Source: Vicinamibacterales bacterium
Lineage (GTDB): Bacteria > Acidobacteriota > Vicinamibacteria > Vicinamibacterales > UBA8438
DNA length: 64,000 bases
NCBI GenBank assembly: GCA_029940535.1
Contig: JAPYUM010000004.1
Span: 20,873 to 84,872 of the forward strand
Direction: 5' to 3'
Positions 52,040 through 60,330 of the stretch are shown in pieces. The translations under genes and the position numbers were made by a program. Position 1 is the stretch's first letter, and each line of letters opens with the position of its first letter. The notes beneath the pieces are model-generated. The model was not told where the DNA came from and did not search any database. It was given only the letters and a program-made list of their open reading frames with translations.

Positions 52040-52992
52040 CCATCCGACTCGTGGACCCAGGGCTGTTGACCACCGTGCAGGACCGCGGGCGGTGGGGCCG
52101 TCAATCGCTTGGGGTCCCGGTGGCGGGGCCGATGGACGAGGTGTCACATCAGCTCGCGAACGTCGTGGTGGGTAACCCGGCTGACCGCGCGACTCTCGAG
52201 GTGACACTGGTGGGCCCGGCGCTCGAATTTCTCGCTGACATGACGTTCGCGGTCACTGGCGCGCAATTCGAGATGCGTCTCGACGACACCGCCGTCCAGA
52301 TGGGGGTCGCCCATCGGGCCGGTCGCGGGAGCATTCTGCGATTCGGATCCCGCGGCGCCGGCGCCCGCGCGTATATCGGGGTTGCTGGGGGTATTGACGT
52401 CCCGCTGGTGCTCGGAAGTCGAAGCACCGATCTGGCCAGTGGGTTCGGAGGGTTGGCTGGGAGACGATTGCGTGAAGGGGACCAGCTGGCGGTGGGCCCA
52501 TGGGAGGGACGAGCGCCACGGCGCGTGTCACTGAGTCCGCCGTTCGTGCTGCCGGAGGGCGGGAGCCGTATCCGGGCGATCGCCACCCCCGACGACGATG
52601 ACCCCGGCCCGCGGTGCGGAGACGCGGCGCTGGCGGGCTTCACCACGACCCGCTTCACGCTGGCGGCCGAGTCGAATCGGATGGGATACCGGCTGTGTGG
52701 GCCGCCGCTCGCGCTGGCGGACGAGACCCCCGTCTTGTCGGCCGCAACGCCGTTCGGTACCGTGCAGGTGCCACCGTCCGGGCACCCCATTCTGTTGATG
52801 GCCGACCGGCAAACCACCGGCGGATACGCGAGGATCGCGACCGTGATCAGCGCCGATCTTCCGGTGGCTGGCCAGCTCGGCCCGGGCGATTGGATTCGAT
52901 TCGAGCTGTGTGATCGACGGTCGGCGGTTGCCGCGCTGATCGCCCAACAGCAGACACTGATGCGGGTCACCCGATGTCCAGCCAAGCTGTAG
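52036..52992 (+). CDS. pxpC: 5-oxoprolinase subunit C (KipA/AHS2)
   Basis: GLLTTVQDRGR, GSRST, SNRMGYRL, QVPPSG.PILLMADRQTTGGY. Confidence 0.92.
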   Translation: MTIRLVDPGLLTTVQDRGRWGRQSLGVPVAGPMDEVSHQLANVVVGNPADRATLEVTLVGPALEFLADMTFAVTGAQFEMRLDDTAVQMGVAHRAGRGSILRFGSRGAGARAYIGVAGGIDVPLVLGSRSTDLASGFGGLAGRRLREGDQLAVGPWEGRAPRRVSLSPPFVLPEGGSRIRAIATPDDDDPGPRCGDAALAGFTTTRFTLAAESNRMGYRLCGPPLALADETPVLSAATPFGTVQVPPSGHPILLMADRQTTGGYARIATVISADLPVAGQLGPGDWIRFELCDRRSAVAALIAQQQTLMRVTRCPAKL

Positions 52993-53972
52993 GAGGCCGC
53001 GGGCACCCGCATCCAGACCAGACCGATCGCCGGTTGCGCGCGGTATTTGGCGACCGGGTCGGCCGCCAGGTGCCGCTGGGTGAGCTGACGACGTTTCACA
53101 CCGGTGGGGCGGCCGAGTGGCTGGTCGAGACCCGTAGCCCGGATGACATTGTGACCGCGGTCTGTCTGACGCGCGACCTCTCGGTGCCACTCACCGTGCT
53201 CGGCGGCGGCTCCAACGTGCTGGTGGGTGACGGGGGCGTGCGCGGGTTGGTGCTGCGGGTCCGACACGGCGCCATGGGTCGTGTCGACGCGCATCACGTG
53301 CGGGCTGACTGCGGCGTGACGATCAACGGCCTTGTGCGGTGGACCGTTCACCGCGGGCTCGGCGGTCTCGAGCGGTGGGCCGGGACGCCAGGTACGGTGG
53401 GTGGGGGGATCTGCGGGAACGCGCATTTCGACGACCAGTTGCTGGGTGATAAGGTGACGGCGGTTGGTCTCGTCGATCGGGCTGGACGCGTCGCGCGTGT
53501 GCCGGCCTCGGACATGGGCTTCGGCTACGACGAGAGCCGTGTGCAGCACACCGGCGAACTGGTGCTGTGGGCCGAGTTTGCGGTCGCGGCCGGTGCGGTG
53601 ACGGCGTTGCGGGCGGCCGCGCGCCGTTCGCTCGCCTTCCGCAAGCGTACCCAGCCGCTCGACCGGGCATCGGCCGGCTGTGTCTTTCAGAATCCCCGGC
53701 CCGACGATGGTCCGCTCCCGGACGGCGTGCCCCGATCGGCCGGGGCGCTGGTCGACCTGGCCGGGCTCAAGGGCCATCGGGTGGGAGCCGCCGCGGTGTC
53801 GCCGGTGCACGCCAATTTCATCGTCAACGAGGGCGGGGCCTCGGCCCGCGATGTGCGCGCGCTCATCGAGCGATGCCGCGCGACCGTGCGCGAGCGATTC
53901 GGGCTCGTCTTGCGGGACGAGCTGATGTACCTCGGTGAGTTCGAGACCGAGGGTGGAAACGAGGTGGGATGA
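52974..53972 (+). CDS. murB: UDP-N-acetylenolpyruvoylglucosamine reductase
   Basis: LGGGSNVL, PGTVGG, RKRTQP, SAGCVFQNP, HANFIVN. Confidence 0.94.
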   Translation: MSSQAVGGRGHPHPDQTDRRLRAVFGDRVGRQVPLGELTTFHTGGAAEWLVETRSPDDIVTAVCLTRDLSVPLTVLGGGSNVLVGDGGVRGLVLRVRHGAMGRVDAHHVRADCGVTINGLVRWTVHRGLGGLERWAGTPGTVGGGICGNAHFDDQLLGDKVTAVGLVDRAGRVARVPASDMGFGYDESRVQHTGELVLWAEFAVAAGAVTALRAAARRSLAFRKRTQPLDRASAGCVFQNPRPDDGPLPDGVPRSAGALVDLAGLKGHRVGAAAVSPVHANFIVNEGGASARDVRALIERCRATVRERFGLVLRDELMYLGEFETEGGNEVG

Positions 53973-55267
53973 GTTCAGGTATCGCTCCAACCGGGGAAGC
54001 ACTGACAACGTTGGTGGTCGAGGGTGGCCACCGGCTGATGGGTCGGCTCCAGGTCGAGGGCAACAAAAATTCGGCCTTGCCGCTGCTTGCGGCCTGTTTG
54101 CTGACCGACGCGCCGTGTGAGCTGACGAACGTACCTCGGATCAAGGACGTGCACGTCATGGCTGATCTGCTCCAGGGGCTCGGGGCCTCGGTGGAGGGGG
54201 TGGGCACAACGCGGCTCCGTGTGCAGTGCGCGCGGGTCACCGGTGACGAGCCGGACCGACGGTTAGTGGGACGGCTCCGCGGGTCGGTGCTGCTGTGTGG
54301 CCCGCTGTTGGCGCGCTGCGGGCGGGTGCGGCTGGCTCCGCCGGGTGGCGACTTTCCAGCGCGACGCACGTTGTCGGCACATCTCCAGGCGCTGGGGGCG
54401 ATGGGGGTTCGACGCCGCGAGGACACGGCCGCTGACTACGTGCTGGAAGCGCCGGGTGGCCTGGTGCCGGCCTCGGTGTATCTCGAGGAGGCGTCGGTGA
54501 CCGGGACCGAAACCGCGCTGCTGGCGGCGGCCGCCGCCCCCGGCGAGAGTGAGATCCGCCATGCCGCCTGTGAGCCCCACGTGGTGGAGCTGTGCGAGTT
54601 TCTGACCCAGATGGGGGCGGAGGTCGCTGGCGCCGGCACTCCGACCATTCGTGTCTCCGGCGGGGCCCGGTTTGGCGGCGCCACCCACCGTTTGAGTGGT
54701 GACTACATCGAGGCCGGCAGTTGGGCCGTGGCGGCGGCGGTCACCGGCGGCGAGTTGGAGGTCGGCGGCGCCCGCGCCGGCGATCTGGAGCCGATCACCG
54801 CGATCTTGCGTCGCATGCAGGTGGACTGCGACGTCGACGCGGACCGTCTCCGCGTTCGCCCGTCCTCACCGGTCGCCATCCGGCAGATCACCACGGCGCC
54901 GTGGCCGGGGTTTCCGAGCGATATGGTCAGCTTGATCAGTGTGCTGGCGACGCAGGCGACGGGGCGCACGTTGGTGCACGACTGGATGTACGAGCTTCGG
55001 CTGTTCGCCCTGGAGCAGTTGAGCGGCATGGGCGCGAACCTGTTCCTGTGTGATCCGCACCGGATGATCGTGGACGGTCCGGCTCGTCTCACCGGGCGCA
55101 CGCTGGACAGCCGGGACCTTCGCTCCGGCATGGCCCTGATCGCCGCGGCGCTGGCCGCGACCGGAACAAGTCGTATCCAGCCGTTGGAGACGGTCGAGCG
55201 GGGCTACGCGCAACTGGTTGAGCGATTGCGCGCGCTGGGTGCGCAGATCGACGTGGAGCAGGGGTAG
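53969..55267 (+). CDS. murA: UDP-GlcNAc 1-carboxyvinyltransferase with Asp at the active-site Cys position
   Basis: GNKNSALP, LRGS, PPGGDFPARR, SVTGTE, EPHV, D.IE, WPGFPSD, DLRSG, RGY. Confidence 0.94.
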   Translation: MSSGIAPTGEALTTLVVEGGHRLMGRLQVEGNKNSALPLLAACLLTDAPCELTNVPRIKDVHVMADLLQGLGASVEGVGTTRLRVQCARVTGDEPDRRLVGRLRGSVLLCGPLLARCGRVRLAPPGGDFPARRTLSAHLQALGAMGVRRREDTAADYVLEAPGGLVPASVYLEEASVTGTETALLAAAAAPGESEIRHAACEPHVVELCEFLTQMGAEVAGAGTPTIRVSGGARFGGATHRLSGDYIEAGSWAVAAAVTGGELEVGGARAGDLEPITAILRRMQVDCDVDADRLRVRPSSPVAIRQITTAPWPGFPSDMVSLISVLATQATGRTLVHDWMYELRLFALEQLSGMGANLFLCDPHRMIVDGPARLTGRTLDSRDLRSGMALIAAALAATGTSRIQPLETVERGYAQLVERLRALGAQIDVEQG

Positions 55268-55355
55268 GACACGCTACCCGTCCTTGGTTGGGTCGCGATC
55301 CTCGCAGGAGGGGGTTCCCTTTAGCGAGGGCCGCAGGCTAGCGTTGCCTGGGCGC

Positions 55356-57206
55356 CTATTGCGGTGGCGTAATCGGCGGCGGCAGGATCGGTGTGGCGCC
55401 GGCGCCGGGTCTATTCAGTGTGGCCGGCGGTCGGACCCCACCCGGGGTGACCGGTGCCGGCAGCGGCGCCCTGATATCGAGTCCGGTCCCCGTGTCCCGT
55501 TCGACTCGGAACGCTCGGAGATCCCGTTCTTCGAGATCGAGCACTCGGATAATGTGCGGCGTCAGAGTCACGATGATGTCGGTTTCCAGCGTGTCCTGCG
55601 TATTGCGCGCGAAAAGCCGTCCGATGACCGGGAGGTCGCTCAGCCAGGGCACGCCGTCCAGCGTCTGTCGTTCGTCGTCTCGAATCAAACCGGCCAGGAT
55701 ATTCGTTTCGCCGTCGCGTAGCCTGATGGTGGTATTGATCGACCGGTTGCCGAAAGTTGGCAAGCCGCCGAATCCGCTGCCAGAGATGTTGCTGACCTCG
55801 ATCGCGAGTTCCAGGGAGACGTCGTCGTTGTGGTGCGTGAACGGCGTAATGTCGATGTTGACGCCGATGTTCTCGTAGTTGAACGACGTGATCGGTTGTT
55901 GTTGAATACCGCCAGTCGCGATGGGCGAGAACGTGGTGGCCGGGACCGGCACCCGATCGCCGAAACGCGCTTGCGCCGCTAATCCCTCGGAGGTTCGCAG
56001 ATGCGGGTTGGCCAGGGTCCGCGTGTCCGCGTCGTTCTGGAGGAGCCGGTAGAAGAGCCCGGGTAGGCTCGCCACGAACACGTCGGCGCTGGCGAGCCCC
56101 TGGAGTTCGTCTAGGAAGCGACCGCCGCCGTCGATGGTCACGGACCCATCCAGGCCGGACGCACCAGGCGACGCGAATTGGAGCCCGTACTCGCGAAACC
56201 GCTTCCGATTGACCTCGAGAAGCTCGACATCGATGACCACTTCAGGGCGCGCCTTGTCGATCGCGGAGATGAGTCTCGCGGTGGCGGCCAGACGTTCCGG
56301 GGTGTCCCTGACAGAAATGGCGCGGGTCGCCGTGACCGGAGCGAGGCGGCGCAGGTCAATCACGAGACGCAGCAGGTCCATCGTCTCCCCGACGTCGGCG
56401 TTGCTGAGGTAGAACGTCTGCACGACCTCTTCCTCATACTCGCGCCGCTTGGCCGGGGTATCCGGGATCACGGTGACGGTCTGCTCACCGGTGACTCTGT
56501 AGAAGTTGCGAGTGGAGCGCGCCACCGAGCTGAGCGCGGTCGACAACGTCGTGTCCCGGAGGTCGATCGAGACCTTCTCGTCGACAAAGGTCGGGTCGAA
56601 GATCACGCTCACATCGGCGAACTGACCAAGCGCGGAAAAGACGTCGCGCGTGCTGGCGTCACGAAACACCAGCGAGTCGGGGAGCGTGGCCTCGGGCAAG
56701 ACGAGGCCCTCCGGCGGCAGCGCGCTCACTCGTTCGATCAGCGTTTCGAGCTGCGTCTGCCCGTCGTCGCGGGCGGCCAGGCGGGTTTGCACGGCGAGCC
56801 GCGTCTCTCGGAGCGCGTCCTGGATGTCGCCGCTGCTGGGGTTCATCTCGGCCGCGATCTGATACTCGAGCAACGCGTCGTCGTAGTTGCCGAGACCAGC
56901 CTCCCGGCGCCCCAGGGCGTAGTGATATTGACCGGCCCGTAGCTTGGCCCGTTCCAGGTCCCGGCTCAACCCGCGATCCTCGGGACGCTCTCGCAGGGCT
57001 CGGGTGTACTCGATCACGGCCGCGTCGTAGTCCTGCGACAACTCGGCCGAGCGTGCCCGGTCTTGCGCCCGTGTGGCGCACGCGGCCCCGCCGAGGCAGA
57101 CGAGCCCCAGTATCAGCAGGGCGCGGCCCGGGCGCCGCCGGCCCCGATTACTGGAGCGGCGTGGACTGGTTGGTGGAGATGATTTCGGTGCCACGTGGGA
57201 TCTCAA
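55356..57206 (-). CDS. TPR-containing secretin (GspD/PulD-like), probable lipoprotein; start uncertain
   Basis: Hydrophobic segment ending in GAAC, TPR region, TFYLSNA, EVVIDVELLEV, YENIGVNIDITP, RLRDGETNILAGLI, VPWLSDLPVIGRLF. Confidence 0.9.
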   Translation of the reverse strand: MRSHVAPKSSPPTSPRRSSNRGRRRPGRALLILGLVCLGGAACATRAQDRARSAELSQDYDAAVIEYTRALRERPEDRGLSRDLERAKLRAGQYHYALGRREAGLGNYDDALLEYQIAAEMNPSSGDIQDALRETRLAVQTRLAARDDGQTQLETLIERVSALPPEGLVLPEATLPDSLVFRDASTRDVFSALGQFADVSVIFDPTFVDEKVSIDLRDTTLSTALSSVARSTRNFYRVTGEQTVTVIPDTPAKRREYEEEVVQTFYLSNADVGETMDLLRLVIDLRRLAPVTATRAISVRDTPERLAATARLISAIDKARPEVVIDVELLEVNRKRFREYGLQFASPGASGLDGSVTIDGGGRFLDELQGLASADVFVASLPGLFYRLLQNDADTRTLANPHLRTSEGLAAQARFGDRVPVPATTFSPIATGGIQQQPITSFNYENIGVNIDITPFTHHNDDVSLELAIEVSNISGSGFGGLPTFGNRSINTTIRLRDGETNILAGLIRDDERQTLDGVPWLSDLPVIGRLFARNTQDTLETDIIVTLTPHIIRVLDLEERDLRAFRVERDTGTGLDIRAPLPAPVTPGGVRPPATLNRPGAGATPILPPPITPPQ

Positions 57207-57849
57207 AGGTGAACGGTGTATCGGGCAAATAGAGGTTTTCCTGTAGGTTGGAGAAGAAGAAGGTGGAAGTGCCGCCCTGCAGGTCGTAGGCCATCAGACG
57301 CGTGATGGTCAACGACCTCGCGTCGAGGACGACGGTCAGGAATTCAAAATCTGCCTCCGCTCGCGTGGGCGTCAGCCGGAGCACGTAACTGTCGGGCGGG
57401 ACGTCTTGGACCGTGTCGATGGCAGCCGTGAAGTCGTTGACGAAGTTACCGATACCCGCGAGGATCAGCGCCGGGGTGGTGCCCTGGTCAACCGAAGGTA
57501 CCGCGAACACCATGACCTGCTCATCGTCTGGGAAATACATGAACATCTGTTCCCCATCCGACACCATGAGTTTGTGCTCGGGTTCTTGATAGTCCCAGCG
57601 CATCTTGCCAGGTATCTTCAGCTGTACGCGGCCACTTTCGACGAGACGCGAGCGGAGGACGCCGCCCTCGTAGGTCTGGGTGAAATCGGCGGTGAGGTCG
57701 AGCATCGACTCATACCGTCCCTGCAGCGCCTGCTGCAACTCCTCCGCCGTGCGAACAGGAACCTGCGCTTGAGCCGCGCTCGGCCCATCCAGAGCCAGGC
57801 AGCTGGCGGCGACAATCGTGATCGTGTGGGTCCAGCTTCGCAACATCAT
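57148..57849 (-). CDS. lolA: Outer membrane lipoprotein carrier LolA
   Basis: Signal peptide, ADFTQ, GKMRWDYQEP..KLMVSDG, FTFEIP. Confidence 0.9.
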   Translation of the reverse strand: MMLRSWTHTITIVAASCLALDGPSAAQAQVPVRTAEELQQALQGRYESMLDLTADFTQTYEGGVLRSRLVESGRVQLKIPGKMRWDYQEPEHKLMVSDGEQMFMYFPDDEQVMVFAVPSVDQGTTPALILAGIGNFVNDFTAAIDTVQDVPPDSYVLRLTPTRAEADFEFLTVVLDARSLTITRLMAYDLQGGTSTFFFSNLQENLYLPDTPFTFEIPRGTEIISTNQSTPLQ

Positions 57850-57918
57850 CCTCCCGTGCGGCGCTGGCGTCCGAGACCTGGGCGTGGGGCGCCCGGCCGC
57901 CTCGGAGGGATAACGACG

Positions 57919-58290
57919 TCAGCCCTTCAGGCCACCCGCTTTCGGCGGTGCCTGCTTGGGCGCGTCTTTCTCGTCAGTCGGGAACTTCGCGGTGATCCAT
58001 GCCGCGAGGCCTCCCTCCAGCGCCGCGGCGCGGTAGCCCTTTCGGATCAGCGCGGCGGCGACTGGCGCGCTGACGAGTTCCTCCGGGTCGGAGTCATAGG
58101 CGACGACGTCACGGTCCGTGGAGAGTCCGGCACTCACGTCGTCCGGGTTCACACGCACGGCGCCGGGCAACGTGACCGTGCTGTGCTCGTAAGGATATTT
58201 CAAGCGCGCATCGAGAATGACCGGCGGGCTCCCGCCCTCGTCCTCGAGTCTGGTTTTTAACTCTTCTGTCGTGATCCTGGGTACGGCCAT
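57919..58290 (-). CDS. Rhodanese-like single-domain protein (no catalytic Cys)
   Basis: ITTEELK, VILDAR, LPGA, LEGGLAAW; active-site loop reads YDSDPEE. Confidence 0.85.
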   Translation of the reverse strand: MAVPRITTEELKTRLEDEGGSPPVILDARLKYPYEHSTVTLPGAVRVNPDDVSAGLSTDRDVVAYDSDPEELVSAPVAAALIRKGYRAAALEGGLAAWITAKFPTDEKDAPKQAPPKAGGLKG

Positions 58291-58362
58291 GAGCGGGCTC
58301 TGGTGTGAATGCGTTGGGCGTAACAGCAAGTGGTCCAGTTTTAGAATTGCTTGGCAATCCAA

Positions 58363-58587
58363 TCAGTTCATCGAACAGGCCCCAGCGCCCCGTGGGTCGC
58401 CACAGCTGCCGCACGCCTGGGGTAGCGAAGCCGCTGCGGTCGCCCCCCCGCGGCCCACGGCGAAGGCCGACAGTCGCTTGTCCAGCGACGTGCTCTCACA
58501 CGTCGGGCAGACCGGCGTGGCGCTCGCGCGTACCAGCAACTCGAAGTCTGTGCGGCACTCACGACACGCGTACTCGTAGATCGGCAT
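58363..58587 (-). CDS. FmdB-family zinc-ribbon protein
   Basis: MPIYEYACREC...FE...CPTC...LS.F; GGAGG RBS. Confidence 0.9.
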   Translation of the reverse strand: MPIYEYACRECRTDFELLVRASATPVCPTCESTSLDKRLSAFAVGRGGATAAASLPQACGSCGDPRGAGACSMN

Positions 58588-58606
58588 CAGATGCCTCCAA
58601 AATCGA

Positions 58607-58616
58607 ATGATAGCAT
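58607..58616. promoter_or_regulatory. Overlapping extended -10 elements for the divergent fmdB-like gene and ilvA
   Basis: Plus strand TGA-TAGCAT, minus strand TGC-TATCAT, in a 35-bp gap. Confidence 0.55.
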
Positions 58617-58622
58617 GCGCTG

Positions 58623-60158
58623 ATGGCCTCCTGGACCCCGCGCGAGCTGGTCGAGCGGCTCCTGCGGGAGATTCTGACGAGCCGCGTCTACGACGTCGCC
58701 CGTGAGACCCCGCTCGAGACCGCCACCGGTCTCTCGTCCCGCGTGGGCGCTCCGGTGCTGCTCAAGCGTGAAGACCTCCAACCCGTGTTCAGCTTCAAGT
58801 TGCGCGGCGCCTACAACAAGATTGCGCAATTGGAGCCTGAGCGCCGCGCTCGAGGCGTGGTGTGCGCCAGCGCCGGAAACCATGCGCAAGGCGTCGCCTA
58901 CGCCGCCCGCGCGCTGGACGTCCCGGCCCTTGTCGTCATGCCTCGGACGACACCGGAGATCAAGGTTCGCGCCGTTCGTCGGTTGGGGGCCGAGATCATG
59001 CTGGTCGGCGACGACTACGCTTCGGCGCAACAGCACGCCGAACAGGTTGGCGCCGAGCGTGCGCTCGAACTCGTGCACCCCTTCGACGATCTCTTCGTCG
59101 TGGCCGGACAGGGGACCGTGGCCGACGAACTGCGCCGCCAATGCCATGGGCCTCCGGGGGCCGTGTTCGTGCCGGTTGGCGGCGGGGGTCTGCTGGCCGG
59201 GGTGGCCGCCTACCTGAAGACCCTGATGCCATCCGTTCGGGTGATCGGGGTCGAGCCCGCCGAGTCCGATGCGATGTATCAGTCGCTCGCGGCCGGCCAC
59301 CGGGTGACGCTCGACCATGTGGGCCTGTTCGCCGACGGCACCGCGGTGACGCGGGTGGGTGAGCTGGCGTTCACCGTTGCGACCAGTCACGTCGACGAGA
59401 TCGTCCGGGTCTCTAATGATGAAATTTGCGCGGCGATCAAGGACGTGTTCGACGACACGCGTTCGGTGGTGGAACCGGCGGGCGCGCTGGCGGTGGCCGG
59501 GCTCAAGCGATGGATGGCGACCCATGAAGGGGGTGAGCGGCCGTTGGTGGCCATCTTGAGTGGTGCGAACATGAATTTCGACCGGCTCCGATTCGTGGCC
59601 GAGCGCGCCGAGCTCGGCGAGGCTCGCGAAGCGGTGTTTGGCGTCACGATTCCGGAACGGCCAGGGGCATTCCGGGCATTCTGCGCCGCCGTCGGTGCCC
59701 GGGTGGTCACCGAATTCAACTATCGGTTTCGCGGCGGAGCGGACGCCCACATCTTCGTGGGGGTGGGAATCAGTTCACGCGCTGACGCGTCGGCGCTGCA
59801 GGCGCGGCTTGAGGCTGAGGGTTACCCCGTGGTGGACCTCTCGGACGACGAGATGGCGAAGCTGCATGTCCGGCACCTGGTGGGCGGGCGGGCGGCCGGG
59901 GTGAGTCAGGAGCGTCCCTGTCGGTTCGAGTTTCCGGAGCGCCCCGGGGCCCTGCTCGAGTTTCTCGACAAGCTCGGCGGTCGATGGAACATCAGCCTGT
60001 TCCACTATCGCAACCACGGTGCCGACTTCGGCCGGGTGCTGGCGGCCTTCGAAGTGCCTGACGACGAACTCCCCCGGTTCGATGAGTTCCTGGCCGGTCT
60101 CGGCTACGCCTACGAGCTGCAGACGAAGAATCCCGCCTACGAAATGTTCCTGGGCTAG
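58623..60158 (+). CDS. ilvA: Threonine ammonia-lyase, biosynthetic
   Basis: KREDLQPVFSFKLRGAYN, SAGNHAQG, GGGGL, two C-terminal ACT-like domains (PERPG, FHYRNHG). Confidence 0.97.
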   Translation: MASWTPRELVERLLREILTSRVYDVARETPLETATGLSSRVGAPVLLKREDLQPVFSFKLRGAYNKIAQLEPERRARGVVCASAGNHAQGVAYAARALDVPALVVMPRTTPEIKVRAVRRLGAEIMLVGDDYASAQQHAEQVGAERALELVHPFDDLFVVAGQGTVADELRRQCHGPPGAVFVPVGGGGLLAGVAAYLKTLMPSVRVIGVEPAESDAMYQSLAAGHRVTLDHVGLFADGTAVTRVGELAFTVATSHVDEIVRVSNDEICAAIKDVFDDTRSVVEPAGALAVAGLKRWMATHEGGERPLVAILSGANMNFDRLRFVAERAELGEAREAVFGVTIPERPGAFRAFCAAVGARVVTEFNYRFRGGADAHIFVGVGISSRADASALQARLEAEGYPVVDLSDDEMAKLHVRHLVGGRAAGVSQERPCRFEFPERPGALLEFLDKLGGRWNISLFHYRNHGADFGRVLAAFEVPDDELPRFDEFLAGLGYAYELQTKNPAYEMFLG

Positions 60159-60263
60159 GTTTCCTGCCGAGGTGCCCGTCTGGACGGCGTTGCTTCCTCG
60201 GTCACAGCCGGCCTGGCTGCTCCCTCGTCGCGCCTTGCCAGCCGAACACCTCGACAGGAAACC
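60155..60263 (+). repeat. Structured CTAG-ended repeat, copy A
   Basis: CTAGGTTTCCTG...core...CAGGAAACC; the TAG is the ilvA stop. Confidence 0.8.
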
Positions 60264-60330
60264 GGTTCGCCGGGGAGGTGGGTTGGCCGGTGCGTCGCCT
60301 CGTCGGGATCCTTGACACCCGCGCGACAGG

